Positions 21,291 to 33,673 of a stretch of 46,857 nucleotides of DNA are shown here, in pieces. The stretch comes from Octopus sinensis (lineage: Eukaryota), in the NCBI RefSeq assembly GCF_006345805.1, contig NW_021834652.1:1-46857 (forward strand), read 5' to 3'. The translations under genes were made by a program, and so were the position numbers. How positions within the stretch are numbered: position 1 is the first letter of the stretch; the number at the start of each line of letters is the position of its first letter. The notes beneath the pieces are model-generated. The model was not told the DNA's origin and searched no databases. It was given only the letters and a program-made list of their open reading frames with translations.

Positions 21291-22064
21291 CTTTTTTTAT
21301 AACTAGCGAGAGAAAAATGGTATGCTTCGTATGCGCTGGTTATGAGTTAAAAGTAAGCGAGTAAGAATAAGTTTATTATAATTCAAGATGGTATATTAAT
21401 ATAAGGCTATTTTACATGAGATCTAGTTTTATCATCAAATAACAAATTCATTTTTAAATGTTTAAAGGACATGTTGCTGAAGGCTCGCAGAGTTGCTACA
21501 CTTTTCAACACAGAAAATTAAAGCATAATTTGCTATATAACGTATCATTCAGACATATAATATATCTGACAAATAGATTTATAATATATAACATGGCGTA
21601 AACCATTCGGCCCACGTTTTATTCTATAATTTACTTACCGAAGCTTATCGTCTACAAAATTCTCACAATATTATATTTCCAAAAATAATTCTTGCGTTTA
21701 TCGAAGAAAATGTATTTAAAAGTTCATATTCCAGAATCAATGTTTCGTATTTCATTGAAATAAGATGAAATACAATATCGATTAAATAATCAGTTAATGT
21801 TATTGGATAACCCAAAGGCAGTTCTAATCTAGCTGATCTGTGATTAAAGATGCTCTGACCGTGACTCTCCTGACTTTTTTCTTGCTATTTTGATATCCCA
21901 GGTTTCGTTCTCAAACGTATCCCTCTTTTTTAAGACGTTAAGTAATGGTTTGAAGGAGATTTTGCTGCTTCAAATACTGCGTTGAGGATTTTTTGTTAAC
22001 TCAATAAAGAGAAAGAAAGATCTACAACATTGAGGTGTATTTCATTGATAATATATATATGAGT

Positions 22065-22272
22065 CGCCATGATAGATCGGTAGCCACTACACACATTTCT
22101 GTCTCTCCTTGTTTCTCTGTTTTTTTTTTCTGTGTCCCTTTCTGTAGAAGAGCGTAGGCTCGAAACGTAAAAGACTTTTTCAATTCCTGAGCGTTATACT
22201 AATACATCTCTTTATTTTCTACACCACCTTTCTTCGTCCTTTGTTTTTTTTTTTGTGAACTCTTCCCCATAT
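22065..22272 (+). mobile_element. Dispersed repeat with hammerhead-like motif (Penelope pLTR-like), copy 2
   Basis: Pyrimidine tract, cttt-CTGTAGA-A-gagc-gtag-gctc-GAAAC-GTA-aaag (22138-22173), then gagcgttatactaataca..ttcgtcctttg. Confidence 0.72.
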
Positions 22273-22508
22273 ATAGTAATTCGAATTTAATTATAGTCAT
22301 GAAACGTACGTAGTGATTTAATTTATTATATTATATTTATCATTCTTTTTATACTTTTTGAAAACAAATATATATGTATATATAATATATTATATAATTA
22401 TATTTATATTATTTGTATTTATGTATTGTCTTACGTCTATCACTGTTTGAGTTGCATAATAGTGGTTTTATCTCTAATTCATATTATATATATATATATA
22501 TATATATA

Positions 22509-22548
<40 letters not shown>

Positions 22549-22900
22549 CCTCAGAAATAATTAATTCCTGTCTAATCTGAGTAAATAGCAAGACTACATA
22601 ACCACTGACATTCTAAATAATAGAAGGCAACACAAGACCATTTAGCGAAACTATCACAAAACGCGGATTAGAACCAGCAGGTCGCATACTCTGGTTACCA
22701 GAACAACGCCATTCTAGAACAGCTTTCGAATGATCACCGCAGGAGAGGAGAAGAAATACAGGAAGAACGAAAACTACATGGCACAGAACATTCACAGAAC
22801 CGACATGAGAGAGACCATTATCACATGGACTCTCTCTTACATCACACACACACATATATATATATATATGTGTTTGTATGAGTGAGTATATATATATATG

Positions 22901-23304
22901 CTCTTTACTCTTTACTCTTTTACATGTTTCAGTCATTTGACTGCGGCCATGCTGGAGCACCGCCTTTAGTCGAGCAAATCGACCCCGATACTTATTCTTT
23001 GTAAGCCCAGTACTTATTCTATCGGTCTTCTTTTGCCGAACCGCTAAGTGGCGGGGATGTGAAACACACCAGCATCGGTTGTCAACCAATGCTAGGGGTA
23101 CAAACACAGACACACAAAACACATACATACATATACATATATATACAATATACGAAAGGCTCTTTCAGTTTCGTCTACCAAATCCACTCACAAGGCATTG
23201 GTCGGCCCGGGGCTATAGCAGAAGAACTTGCCAAGATGCCGCGCAGTGGGACTGAACCCGGAACATGTGGATGGTTAGCAAGCTACTTACCAACGAGCCA
23301 CTCC
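22901..23304 (-). mobile_element. SINE family D, full length
   Basis: tRNA-like head, internal TA/TG microsatellite, tail gactgaaacatg(taaaagag)n on the minus strand. Confidence 0.9.
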
Positions 23305-23310
23305 TGTGAC

Positions 23311-23340
<30 letters not shown>

Positions 23341-23341
<1 letters not shown>

Positions 23342-23542
23342 CATGCATTATAAACATATATACATTATATGTATGTGTGCCCATCACAGTTTGGCAACCA
23401 GTGTTGGCGCATTTACCTCCTCGGGACTTAGCGCTCCGACAAAAAAGTTCGATAGTATGCGTATCGAACTTTAAAAAATGTATTTGGGTTGATCCGTTCG
23501 ACTAAAAATTCTTCAAGTCGAAGTTGTATGTACCTCTCTCTC

Positions 23543-23590
<48 letters not shown>

Positions 23591-24197
23591 CACACACACA
23601 CACACACACAATACGCACACACACGCACACATAATATCATAATATGTATGTATATGTACACTTCTGTAAACACTAGAAATGATTTTTTCCTGTGGTGGCG
23701 AACAGTGTCTATTAAACAATTAAATAAGATATTATAATAGAAGGTTCCAATGGGATTCTGTTCTAGTTGAAACGGCAAAATGACAAATTTGATAGGTGTT
23801 GTGTTGTTATTGGTGTAACCAATCTGTTCGCTATTTTCCAATTTACATTATAGCAAGAGTCAGGTTTCTGTCGATGCGATATCTTTGTTTTATAATATAA
23901 TTTTCAAAAATATGCACAAACACATCCATACGTGCAGACACTACACTCATACGCACGTACACATATCAATATATATATATATATATATATATACATGCAT
24001 TATAAACATATATACAATATATGTATGTGTGCCCATCACAGTTTGGCAACCAGGTTGGCGCCTTTACCTCCTCGGGACTTAGCGCTCCGACAAAAAAGTT
24101 CGATAGTATGCGTATCGAACTTTAAAAATGTATTTGGGTTGATCCGTTCGACTAAAAATTCTTCAAGTCGAAGTTGAGTTGTATGTACCTCTCTCTC

Positions 24198-24241
<44 letters not shown>

Positions 24242-24645
24242 GTATGTACCACACACACACACACACAACTACGCACACACACGCACACATAATATCATAA
24301 TATGTATGTATATGTACACTTCTGTAAAACTAGAAATGATTTTTTCCTGTGGTGGCGAACAGTGTCTATTAAACAATTAAATAAGATATTATAATGAAGG
24401 TTTCCAATGGGATTCTGTTCTAGTTGAAACGGCAAAATGACAAATGATAGGTGTTGTGTTGTTATTGGTGTAACCATCTGTTCGCTATTTTCCAATTTAC
24501 ATTATAGAAGAGTCAGGTTTCTGTCGATGCGATATCTTTGTTTTATAATATAATTTTCAAAAATATGCACAAACACATCCATACGTGCAGACACTACACT
24601 CATACGCACGTACACATATCAATATATATATATATATATATATAT
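23341..24645. repeat. Tandem duplication of a ~652-bp unit (23341-23992, 23993-24645)
   Basis: Two colinear copies differing mostly by 1-4-nt indels. Confidence 0.95.
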
Positions 24646-24703
24646 ACATGCGTGTGTGCGCGTAAGTGTGTAGGTCTGTCAGCTTTTCCGTTGTAAAATT
24701 TTG

Positions 24704-24767
<64 letters not shown>

Positions 24768-24934
24768 AGTACGTATGTAAGTATGTATATGAAAATTATA
24801 CCCACCCTATTAAAAAATATACGAGTGAATATTTTTTTACATGGATCTCTAGGCAACCATAACATATATATATATATATATATATATCTATAATATATAT
24901 ATAGATAGATAGATAGATAGATATACATAACTAC

Positions 24935-24971
<37 letters not shown>

Positions 24972-25374
24972 CTACATCATACACACACACAATATATATA
25001 TATAGTATTTATTATATATATGTATATATATACAACGCACAGCAATACCTATTATCATGCCAGTGTGTGTGCTGTGCGCGGACACACTCATACACTCACG
25101 TGCATATACTTACACTTACAGGCATATTAATGATGGTACTCTGATTGATAATACAGATGATAAAGCAAGGAATGTATTTTATAAAAAATACAAACAACTC
25201 CTTAGAACAGTTTACAAAAATACAAATATCAATTATATCCAACACAATTCCGGTTGTGGTAACCCTTTACTTCTAATACGGCTGCATGCTCTCAGGCGAT
25301 AATCTCTGGTTATTTTCTCTGCCCAACCGGCAATATCTTCGCGTAGAAGTCGGGAATTGACGAAGCATCATATA

Positions 25375-25788
25375 CTCTTTACTCTTTTACTCTTTTACTT
25401 GTTTCAGTCATTTGACTGCGGCCATGCTGGAGCACCGCCTTTAGTCGAGCAACTAGACCCAAGGACTTATTCTTTGTAAGCCCAGTACTTATTCTATCGG
25501 TCTCTTTTGCCGAACCACTAAGTGATGGGGACATGAACACGCCAGCATCGGTTGTCAAGCAATGCTAGGGGGACAAACACAGACACACAAACACACACAC
25601 ACATATATATATATATACATATATACGACGGGCTTCTTTCAGTTTGCGTCTACCAAATCCACTCACAAGGCATTGGTCGACCCGGGGTTATAGTGGATGA
25701 CACTTGCCCAAGGTGCCACGCAGTGGGAATGAACCCGGAACCCTGTGGCTGGTTAGCAAGCTACTTACTACACAGCCACTCCTGCGCC
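25375..25788 (-). mobile_element. SINE family D, full length
   Basis: Near-colinear with 22901-23304. Confidence 0.9.
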
Positions 25789-26176
25789 TATATACTGTAA
25801 TTTTTTTTATATCATACTATCATTATCTTAGAAAATGGAGGCCATGTCATAAAAACGAATCGGGAGATGAATTCGTTGAGTGTTTCTTTTTCTTCTGCTT
25901 GTTACTTCATCGTTATACATTTGCAAAATGGTAAAATTTAATTCTGTTTCAAAAACGATAAACAGGAGTTGCAAAGGAAGAATAGAGACCAGAGAAAAGA
26001 AATCTAAGCTATAAATATCTTTCATACTATTCAAATAACAATGGAAAGGCGCAGCACTTTCCTGTTGCTGGCCACTGCGTTCGATTGGCCCCGTTAAATG
26101 GAAATAGAGACTCAAAGCAGAGACAATGAAATCTATGTCCAGTTCAAATATTAGTGCTATGATCTCTGCCTAATGT

Positions 26177-26522
26177 GAAGGCGCATGGCTCAGTGGTTAG
26201 AGCGTCGAGCTTACGATCGTGAGGTTGTGAGCTCGAATCCTGGACCGGGCTACGTGTTGTGTTCTTGAGCAAGGCACTTTATTTCACGTTGCTCCAGTTC
26301 ACTCAGCTGTAGAAATGAGTTGCGACGTCACTGGTGCCAAGCTGTATCGACCTTGCTTTCCCTGGATAACACTGGTGGCGTGGAGAGGGGAGGCTGGTAT
26401 GCATGGGCGACTGCTGGTCTTCCATAGACAAACTTGCCCGGACTTGTGTCTAGGAGGGTAACTTTCTAGGTGCAATCCCATGGTCATTCATGACCGAAGG
26501 GGGTCTTTACCCTTTACCCTTT
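26177..26522 (+). mobile_element. SINE family C, full length
   Basis: ggcgcatggctcagtggttagagc A box, gagctcgaatcc B box, tail ctttaccctttaccctt. Confidence 0.9.
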
Positions 26523-27106
26523 CTGCCTGGAATCGGTTTGCTTCATCTGCCAGACAAACTGACAAGAAATCTTCTGGTTTTCTGCAAGGTACCAACAGAT
26601 TTATTTAGCTGAGATGAGGTCTTCTTGAAGGTAAATGAATCCATTGCTGCGTAGACATAAAATTCAGACTGATTTTAAGATGTCAATTCTATAAATTAAA
26701 AAAAAAAATTGATGTACCCAGAATTGTCTAATATATTAAAAAGAAGAAATTATGAAAAATAAAAGAAACCATCCACGCATCATAATACATAATACAAAGG
26801 AATTTCGTATTTGCAAATAAGCGGCAGGCAATAAGTTGGTTATTTGGTTATTTCCTATGAGAGTAATCTGGTGGAATTGGTAACACGTCTGTCAATTTGC
26901 TTAATGGAATTTCCTCTACTTTTTGTCTTACGTTCTTAGTTCAAATGCCCCTGCGGTCAACTTTGCCTTTCATCCTTTTCGGGGTCGATAAAATATGTAC
27001 AAGTTAAGCATGGGGTTCCATGTAATAGACTGTCCCCATCGCCTTAAATTTGTTGGCCTTTTGTCAAAATATGAAACCACTGTCAATTATGGCCAATTGC
27101 AAACTC

Positions 27107-27537
27107 TTTTCTACTCTAAGGACAAGGCCCGAAATTTTTGAGGAAGGGGCTCAGTTGATGAGATCGACCCCAGCAGGCAACTGGTACTTAATTTATCGAC
27201 ACCGAAAGGATGAAAGGCAAAGTCGACCTCGGCAGAATTTGAACACAGAACGTAAAGACAGACGAAATACCGCTAAGCATTTCGTTCGGCGTGCTAACGT
27301 TTCTTATTTCTTTATTGCCCACAAGAGGCTAAACATAGAGGGAACAAATAAGGACAGACAAAGGGATTAAGTCGATTACATCGGCCCCAGTGTGTAACTG
27401 GTACTTAATTTATCGACCCCGAAAGGATGAAAAGCAAAGTCGACCACGGCGGAATTTGAACTCAGAACGTAGCGGCAGACGAAATAGCGCTAAGCATTTC
27501 GTCCAGCGTGCTAACGTTTCTGTCAACCTCGCCGTCT
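27107..27537 (-). mobile_element. Two tandem SINE family A copies (alternative-tail copy plus standard copy)
   Basis: Core ggtacttaatttatcgac..gaaaggatgaaa.gcaaagtcgacc present twice. Confidence 0.88.
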
Positions 27538-27636
27538 TTGGCCAATTGCAAATTACGAAACATATCGCACCGTACACATGGTCAGAAAGTTGTGCACAAA
27601 GCTCATTCGAGTAGCATTGCGACAGCGGTTCTACGA

Positions 27637-27872
27637 AAGGCGGCGAGCTGGCAGAAACGTTAGCACGCCGGGCGAAATGCGTAGCCGTATTTCGTCTGTC
27701 GCTACGTTGTGAGTTCAATTTCCGCCGAGGTCGACTTTGCCTTTCATCCTTTCGGGGTCGATAAATTAAGTACCAGTTACGAACTGGGGTCGATGTAATC
27801 GACTTAATACCTATGTCTGTCCTTGTTTGTTCCCTCTGTGTTTAGCCCCTTGTGGGCAATAAAGAAATAGGT
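27637..27872 (+). mobile_element. SINE family A, full length, short TSD
   Basis: ctacgaaag at 27631 and 27874. Confidence 0.92.
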
Positions 27873-28150
27873 ACTACGAAAGAACATGTATCTCTTCAAT
27901 CCACATGCACTATTTAAACACGATAGATCAGTAATTGGAGTCAATCGGGTGTCAAGTCAACTCCTTGCTATGATACAATGCTAAGAAAATACTTGTCCAA
28001 GGTGCTGTGCAGTGGGACTGAATCACTTTATAAGCGTTCGAATCGAAGCGCAAGCGTCAGTCTGAACATGCAGTCCACTGCATTTTAGCAGAACCAATGC
28101 AGAACCAATACTTCTTTTAGACCAGACATTCATGTCTGTCTATCTAATTA

Positions 28151-28445
28151 AGGTGGCTATGTGGTTAAGAAGATAGCCTCCCAACCATGTGGTCTAGGGT
28201 TCATTCCTACTGCACAACTACTTGGGTGTCTTCTACTATAGCACTGGGCCGATGAATGCTTTGTCAGTTTGGTCGTCGGAAACTGAAAGAATCCCGTCGT
28301 GTATGTATATATCTGCATTACGTGTATGTGTCCATGTGTATTTGTCCCACACCACCGCGTAACAACCGGTATTGGTGTGTTTACAACCCTGTAAACCCCC
28401 TCAAAGTGATGCCCCAGCGTGACCGCAACCTAAAATAAATAAAAG
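28151..28445 (+). mobile_element. SINE family D, diverged
   Basis: ggctatgtggttaag...ggaaactgaaagaatcccgtcgtg. Confidence 0.7.
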
Positions 28446-28489
28446 CTTAAAAAGCGAAAGATTACCGGCCGAAATATGAAATATCTATT

Positions 28490-28858
28490 GGAGTGGCTGT
28501 GTGGTAAGTAGCAACATGGTCCTGGGTTCAGTCCCTCTGCGTGGCACATTGGCAAGTGTCTTCTAATATAGCCTCGGCCTGACCAAAGCCTTGTGAGTGG
28601 ATTTGGTAGATGGAAACTGAAAGAAGCCCATTGTATATATGTATATGTATGTGTGTGTATATGTTTGTGTGTCTGTGTTTGTCTCCCCAACATTGCTTGA
28701 CAACCAATGGTATCAGCGGTTCGGTAAAAGAAGACCAATAGAATAAGTACTAGGCTTACAAAGAATAAGTCCTGGGGTTGATTTGCCCGACTAAAGGCGG
28801 TGCTCTAGCATGGCCACAATCAAATTACTGAAACAACTAAAAGAATAAAAAACAAAAA
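28490..28858 (+). mobile_element. SINE family D
   Basis: ggctgtgtggtaagtagc...gatagaataagtactaggcttacaaagaataagtcc...gcatggccac. Confidence 0.88.
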
Positions 28859-29148
28859 AGAGAATACGTTAATTGGGCACAAACTACCCTAATTTTAGAC
28901 AAATGAATGTTCTTAAAAAGGAACCGCCAAAAAAATAGGGCAGAAAAACCCAGCGAGGCTTATGAAAGATAATCACCGACTAATTTCCAACAGATGCAGT
29001 GGAATTGTTTTAGATCCGGGTCGTAGATGTACGCTGAGAGTTCAGAGCAGACAATGCTATTAAAAATAAATGAAAAATGAATGCAGCGGATTCTTGTAGT
29101 TGAGGGTGAGGAAGTGGCGAAGGTTCATAAATGACTAAACTGGCTGTT

Positions 29149-29380
29149 CTTATTTCTTTATTGGCCACAGGGGGCTAAATATAGAGGGGACAAACAAGGA
29201 CAGAAAAGGGGTTTAAGTCGATTACATCGACCCCAGTGCGTAACTGGTACTTAATTTATCGACCCCGAAACGATGAAAGGCAAAGTCGACCTCGGCGGAA
29301 TTTGAACTCCGAACGTAACAGCAGACGAAATAGCGCTAAGCATTTCGCACGGCGTACTAACGTTTCTGCCAGCTCGCCAC
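29149..29380 (-). mobile_element. SINE family A, full length
   Basis: Reverse complement of 7087-7320. Confidence 0.92.
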
Positions 29381-29426
29381 TAAATTGACTGCTCTACAAT
29401 ACAAGCGTGTCAGTGGATGTGTCAGT

Positions 29427-29638
29427 GGAGGTGTAATGGCCTAGTGGTTAAGGCAGCGGACAAGCGGTCGTAGAATCGCGGTTTCGATTAGCTGACCGAG
29501 CGTTGTGAGTGTTTATTGAGCGAAAATACCTAAAGCTCTACGAGGCTCCAGCAGGGGGTGGTGGAAATCCCTGCTCTACTCTTTCTCTCACTCTTTCTTC
29601 CTGTTTCTGTTGTACCTGTTTCTGTTGTATTTCAAAGT
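29427..29638 (+). mobile_element. SINE family B 5' half
   Basis: ggaggtgtaatggcctagtggttaaggcagcggac...gtatttcaaag. Confidence 0.82.
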
Positions 29639-29644
29639 TGGCGG

Positions 29645-29790
29645 CATATTTCTCCACATCGAACAAATGATGTACCGTTCGCGGCGGCGCTGGAGAGAGT
29701 AGAGTTTCAAGGCTTTAAGGCGGTCCCGATAATCGAGAGCAGTCATGCCTTCAATTCGTTTAGCGAGTGCCCTCTGGGGTGATTCAATCC
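29645..29790 (-). mobile_element. CR1/L2-group LINE ORF2 fragment
   Basis: Minus translation QRALAKRIEGMTALDYRDRLKALKLYSLQRRRERYII matches the post-RT (L/Y)xxRLxxLxLYSLxRRR motif of CR1/L2. Confidence 0.85.
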
Positions 29791-29792
29791 TC

Positions 29793-29831
<39 letters not shown>

Positions 29832-29878
29832 TATATGTGTGTGTGTGTGTGTATGTATATATATATATATATGTGTAG

Positions 29879-30108
29879 GGGCGGTGAGCTGGGAGAGTCG
29901 TTAGCACGCCGAGCGAAATGCTTAGGGTATTTGGTCTGTCGTTACGTTCTGAGTTCAAATTCCGCCGAGGTCGACTTTGCCTTTCATTCTCTCGGGGTCG
30001 ATAAATAAAGTACCACTTTCGCACTGGGTCGATGTAATCGACTTAATCCCTTTGTCTGTCCTTGTTTGTCCCCTCTATGTTTAGCCCCTTGTGGATAGTA
30101 AAGAAATA
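29879..30108 (+). mobile_element. SINE family A, full length
   Basis: Colinear with 7087-7320. Confidence 0.9.
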
Positions 30109-30175
30109 TATATATATATGTGTGTGTGTGTATATATATATAGAAATATTAAAATTACTAAGTCTCCTAAAGGAG

Positions 30176-30223
<48 letters not shown>

Positions 30224-30847
30224 ATATTATGTATGTATGCTCCCTCATGACCTTAAACTAGTCAGAGATGAATAAATAAGTAAATAAATGAATAAATAAA
30301 AATTTTCATGCAATTCCATTCTGCAGAAGATTCTATAAATTTTGAATTTGAGGCGGAATTAAAAATATCTTTTTTTTTGTCTTTTTTACCGAACTCAACC
30401 GCCTGTGTTCCAGTTACCCATTTACCAAAAGTCTAAAACTATGCTGACATCTTTGAATTGTCTTCTCTGTAATTTCATTATTATTTCTGTTAATAACACT
30501 TCCATCGCACCAATGTTTATGATGAAATAAAATAAAATAAATTGTTTTTGTTTAATTCTCTGGTACATTTTTGCTCTATTCTTTTTATTTAATTATGCAT
30601 GTTTTACATCTGTTCATACATATAATTATGTGTAGAATTATATACACACATTCACACTCACACATGCAAGTGCACACATGCACACACACACATACACACG
30701 CACTCTCATACTTTTATATTACTGTACATATTTAGCTGTGTACTGCCTATATATGGATATTATGGACTTCTAACACATTTCATAATGTGTGTATGTGTTC
30801 CTGTGAAAGTTAGCGTATTGTATTATATATATATATATATATATGAT

Positions 30848-31164
30848 GGAAGCACTCCGTCGGTTACGACGATGAGGGTTCCGGTTGATCCCAATCAACG
30901 GAACAGCCTGCTCGTGAAATTAACGTGTAAGTGGCTGAGCACTCCACAGACACGTGCACCCTAAACGTAGTTCTCGGGGATATTCAGCGTGACACAGAGA
31001 GTGACAATGCCGGCCCCTTAAAATACAGGTACAACAGAAACAGGAAGTAAGAGTGAGAGAAAGTTGTGGTGAAAGAGTACAGCAGGGATCACCACCATCC
31101 CCTGCTGGAGCCTCGTAGGGCTTTTAGGTGTTTTCGCTCAATAAACACTCACAACACCCGGTCT

Positions 31165-31167
<3 letters not shown>
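30848..31167 (-). mobile_element. SINE family B lacking its tRNA head
   Basis: ggaagcactccgtcggttacgacg...; abuts a TA tract at 31168. Confidence 0.9.
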
Positions 31168-31217
<50 letters not shown>

Positions 31218-31359
31218 ACATATATACGAACATATATATATATAAGTGTGAGTGTATAAATACATATATATGGATTTTTTTTTAAAGTTTCAGCTCAGAG
31301 CTGCGGCCATGCTGATGCCCCGCCGTTTTGCGTTACACTGTTATTACTAAGAGCCTCCT

Positions 31360-31630
31360 CTAATATGTGGCACTTGATGAAGAATGGAGTTTGATATAGC
31401 TACCCTCATTTGCACCTCTTGCCGTGATGTAGGCTCATCTGGGACTCTCGACAGGAAGAGGTCCAGCTTTGATTTAAAAAAGCCCTACATCTACTTTATG
31501 CATGTTCCTCTAACTCTTTGGGAGAATATTAAAAAGCTGTGGGCCCTTGAAACCCAAGCTCTTGCAGTAACTGGTCCTGAAGCGTGATGGCATTGCTGGG
31601 ACCTTTGGAACTATGCAGTGTCGTCTGCTC
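31360..31630 (-). mobile_element. CR1/L2-group LINE ORF2 C-terminal fragment
   Basis: Minus translation RRHCIVPKVP...SLGFKGPQLFNILPKS*RNM...FKSKLDLFLSRVPDEP...SNSILHQ, with a stop and a frameshift. Confidence 0.82.
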
Positions 31631-31734
31631 AACTTTTTCTGTCATGGTCAATGCGACGATCACACGCTACACACCTTCCTTCCTAGTATTGCTGTAAACA
31701 GCGAAAGTGAACTAGAATGTTAAAACGTCGTGTA

Positions 31735-31836
31735 TATGCACAGCAAAGTTGAAAGGTCAATCTGTGCCATGTGGATTCACTCTACATGCTTTGTTACTAT
31801 GGCAACAGTCCGGATACTTATTGATCAGACCACGTA
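31735..31836 (-). mobile_element. mariner-type terminal fragment
   Basis: Minus begins tacgtggtctgatcaataagtatccggact, a mariner-like TIR preceded by TA. Confidence 0.6.
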
Positions 31837-31945
31837 CATATGTATGTATGTATGTATGTATGTATGTGTGTATGTATGCATGTATGTCTATAAATTCGCA
31901 TGTATTAATATTTGTAAGCATCACTTGAAGAGACAGTACGTGTAC

Positions 31946-31998
<53 letters not shown>

Positions 31999-32604
31999 GG
32001 AGTAATAAACAGAAGGAGAGAGAGAAAGAAACACAGAGAGGGAGAGAAAAAAGCCAGAGAGGAAACTGATTAAAGGGAAGCGGACATGCTTTAAGGAATT
32101 TAATTTGACGCCTCACATTTCTATATTTAATGTTCCTCGGAGGCTTATTTCGCTCTTACCCCTATCTACGCCCGTCATGCCCTATAACATATTTGAAGTT
32201 ATTTTTCTGTCTCCGGGAAAATATCCCCGTCGAATTTGACTTCGTGTCTAATCCGCCCTTTCTCTTTCTCCCTCTCTCTCCCTCTCTCTCTTCCCCCTCT
32301 CTCTCCCGCTCCCTCTTTACATATAATAAATATATATATATATATATACACACATATTCATAATGCATTATATATATATACTTATACATCCATACATCCA
32401 TGCACACATATATGTGTGTGTGTGTATATACACATTACACACTCAAGCACAGAATACATACATAGACACACACGTTATCTCTGTTATCTGCGAATTGTGC
32501 ATATCGCCAAACATACTAGAAACCCATATAAGTGTGTATGTATGTGTGTGTGTTTGCACACGCGTGTGTGTGTAAATACATATATGGATACACATAAATG
32601 TATG

Positions 32605-32635
<31 letters not shown>

Positions 32636-32974
32636 GTCTATGTTTATATATATATATATGTTGTTTTATGTATTTTCCACCCCTTTTAATATAAAATATT
32701 TTGTTAATTACAGACATTGGTAAATAATTGCCAGAAAAGCAGGTTTTCTTTTCTCGTTGTCTTTGAGAACATCTGTTTTCAATTGCTTTGTTCTCTTCTT
32801 GCCTGGTTTTAAAGAATTACAGTTACATCTCAGCTGTAACCTTTTTGAAAAAAAACAACTTTTGTTTTATACTCCGAGGTTACTGGACAAACAATAGACT
32901 CTTTGTTGCAAAGGCTTAATCGTTGTTATCATGAAGAGGGCAACGAACGGGAAGAATAATTGACACATCGGAAA

Positions 32975-33330
32975 AAAAAAACATGTTTGCAGTTATTGCA
33001 TTCTGTCCTTTACATTCTGAGTTCAAAACTTTCAAAGGGCAACTTTTCCTGTCATCGTTTCAGGGTCGATGAAATACAGTACCTGTTAAATTCTGGTGTT
33101 TATGTGCTCGACTCAAATCCTCTGCTACAATTGTTGGCCTCGCGCCACAATTGTAAATAATAAAAAGGTAAGCTGGCAGAATCGTTAGCACACAGGACAA
33201 AATTCTTAGTGGCAGTTCTGAGTTCAAATTCTACCAAGGTTTACTTTCTTTCTTTTTATACGGGTTGATAAAATAAGTACCAGTTGATAAAATAAGTACC
33301 AGTCGATGTAATCGACTACGCCTTCCACCA
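32975..33330 (+). mobile_element. Old SINE family A fragments
   Basis: ttctgagttcaaa, gggtcgatgaaatacagtacc, gctggcagaatcgttagc. Confidence 0.6.
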
Positions 33331-33441
33331 AATTTTAGAAAGAATTATTACTATTACATTGAGAGAATAGCATATCCCTGTGTTCTGAGTTCTAATGCCA
33401 TCAGCAAAAAATTGAAATTAAATCGTTTGGGGACTGATATA

Positions 33442-33673
33442 TTTTTCTTCACTGCCCTCAAAGGGTTAAACATAGAGGGAACAAACAAGGACAGACAAAG
33501 GGATTAAGTCGATTACATCGACCCCAGTGGGAAGCTGGTACTTTGTTTATCGACCCCGAAACGATGAAAGGCAAAGTCGATCTCGGCAGAATTTGAACTC
33601 AGAACGTAACGGCAGACGAAATACGGCTACGCATTTCGCCCGGCGTGCTAACGTTTCTGCCAGCTTGTCGCCT
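33442..33673 (-). mobile_element. SINE family A
   Basis: Colinear reverse complement. Confidence 0.88.

Noticed and set aside
21295-21345. Possible Helitron 3' end on the minus strand (CTAG|T)
   Set aside because: Hairpin is weak and no matching 5' TC end could be identified.
23446-23475. Perfect 11-bp hairpin aaagttcgata/tatcgaacttt
   Set aside because: Lies within a diverged SINE D-type 3' fragment; other copies lack it, so probably chance.
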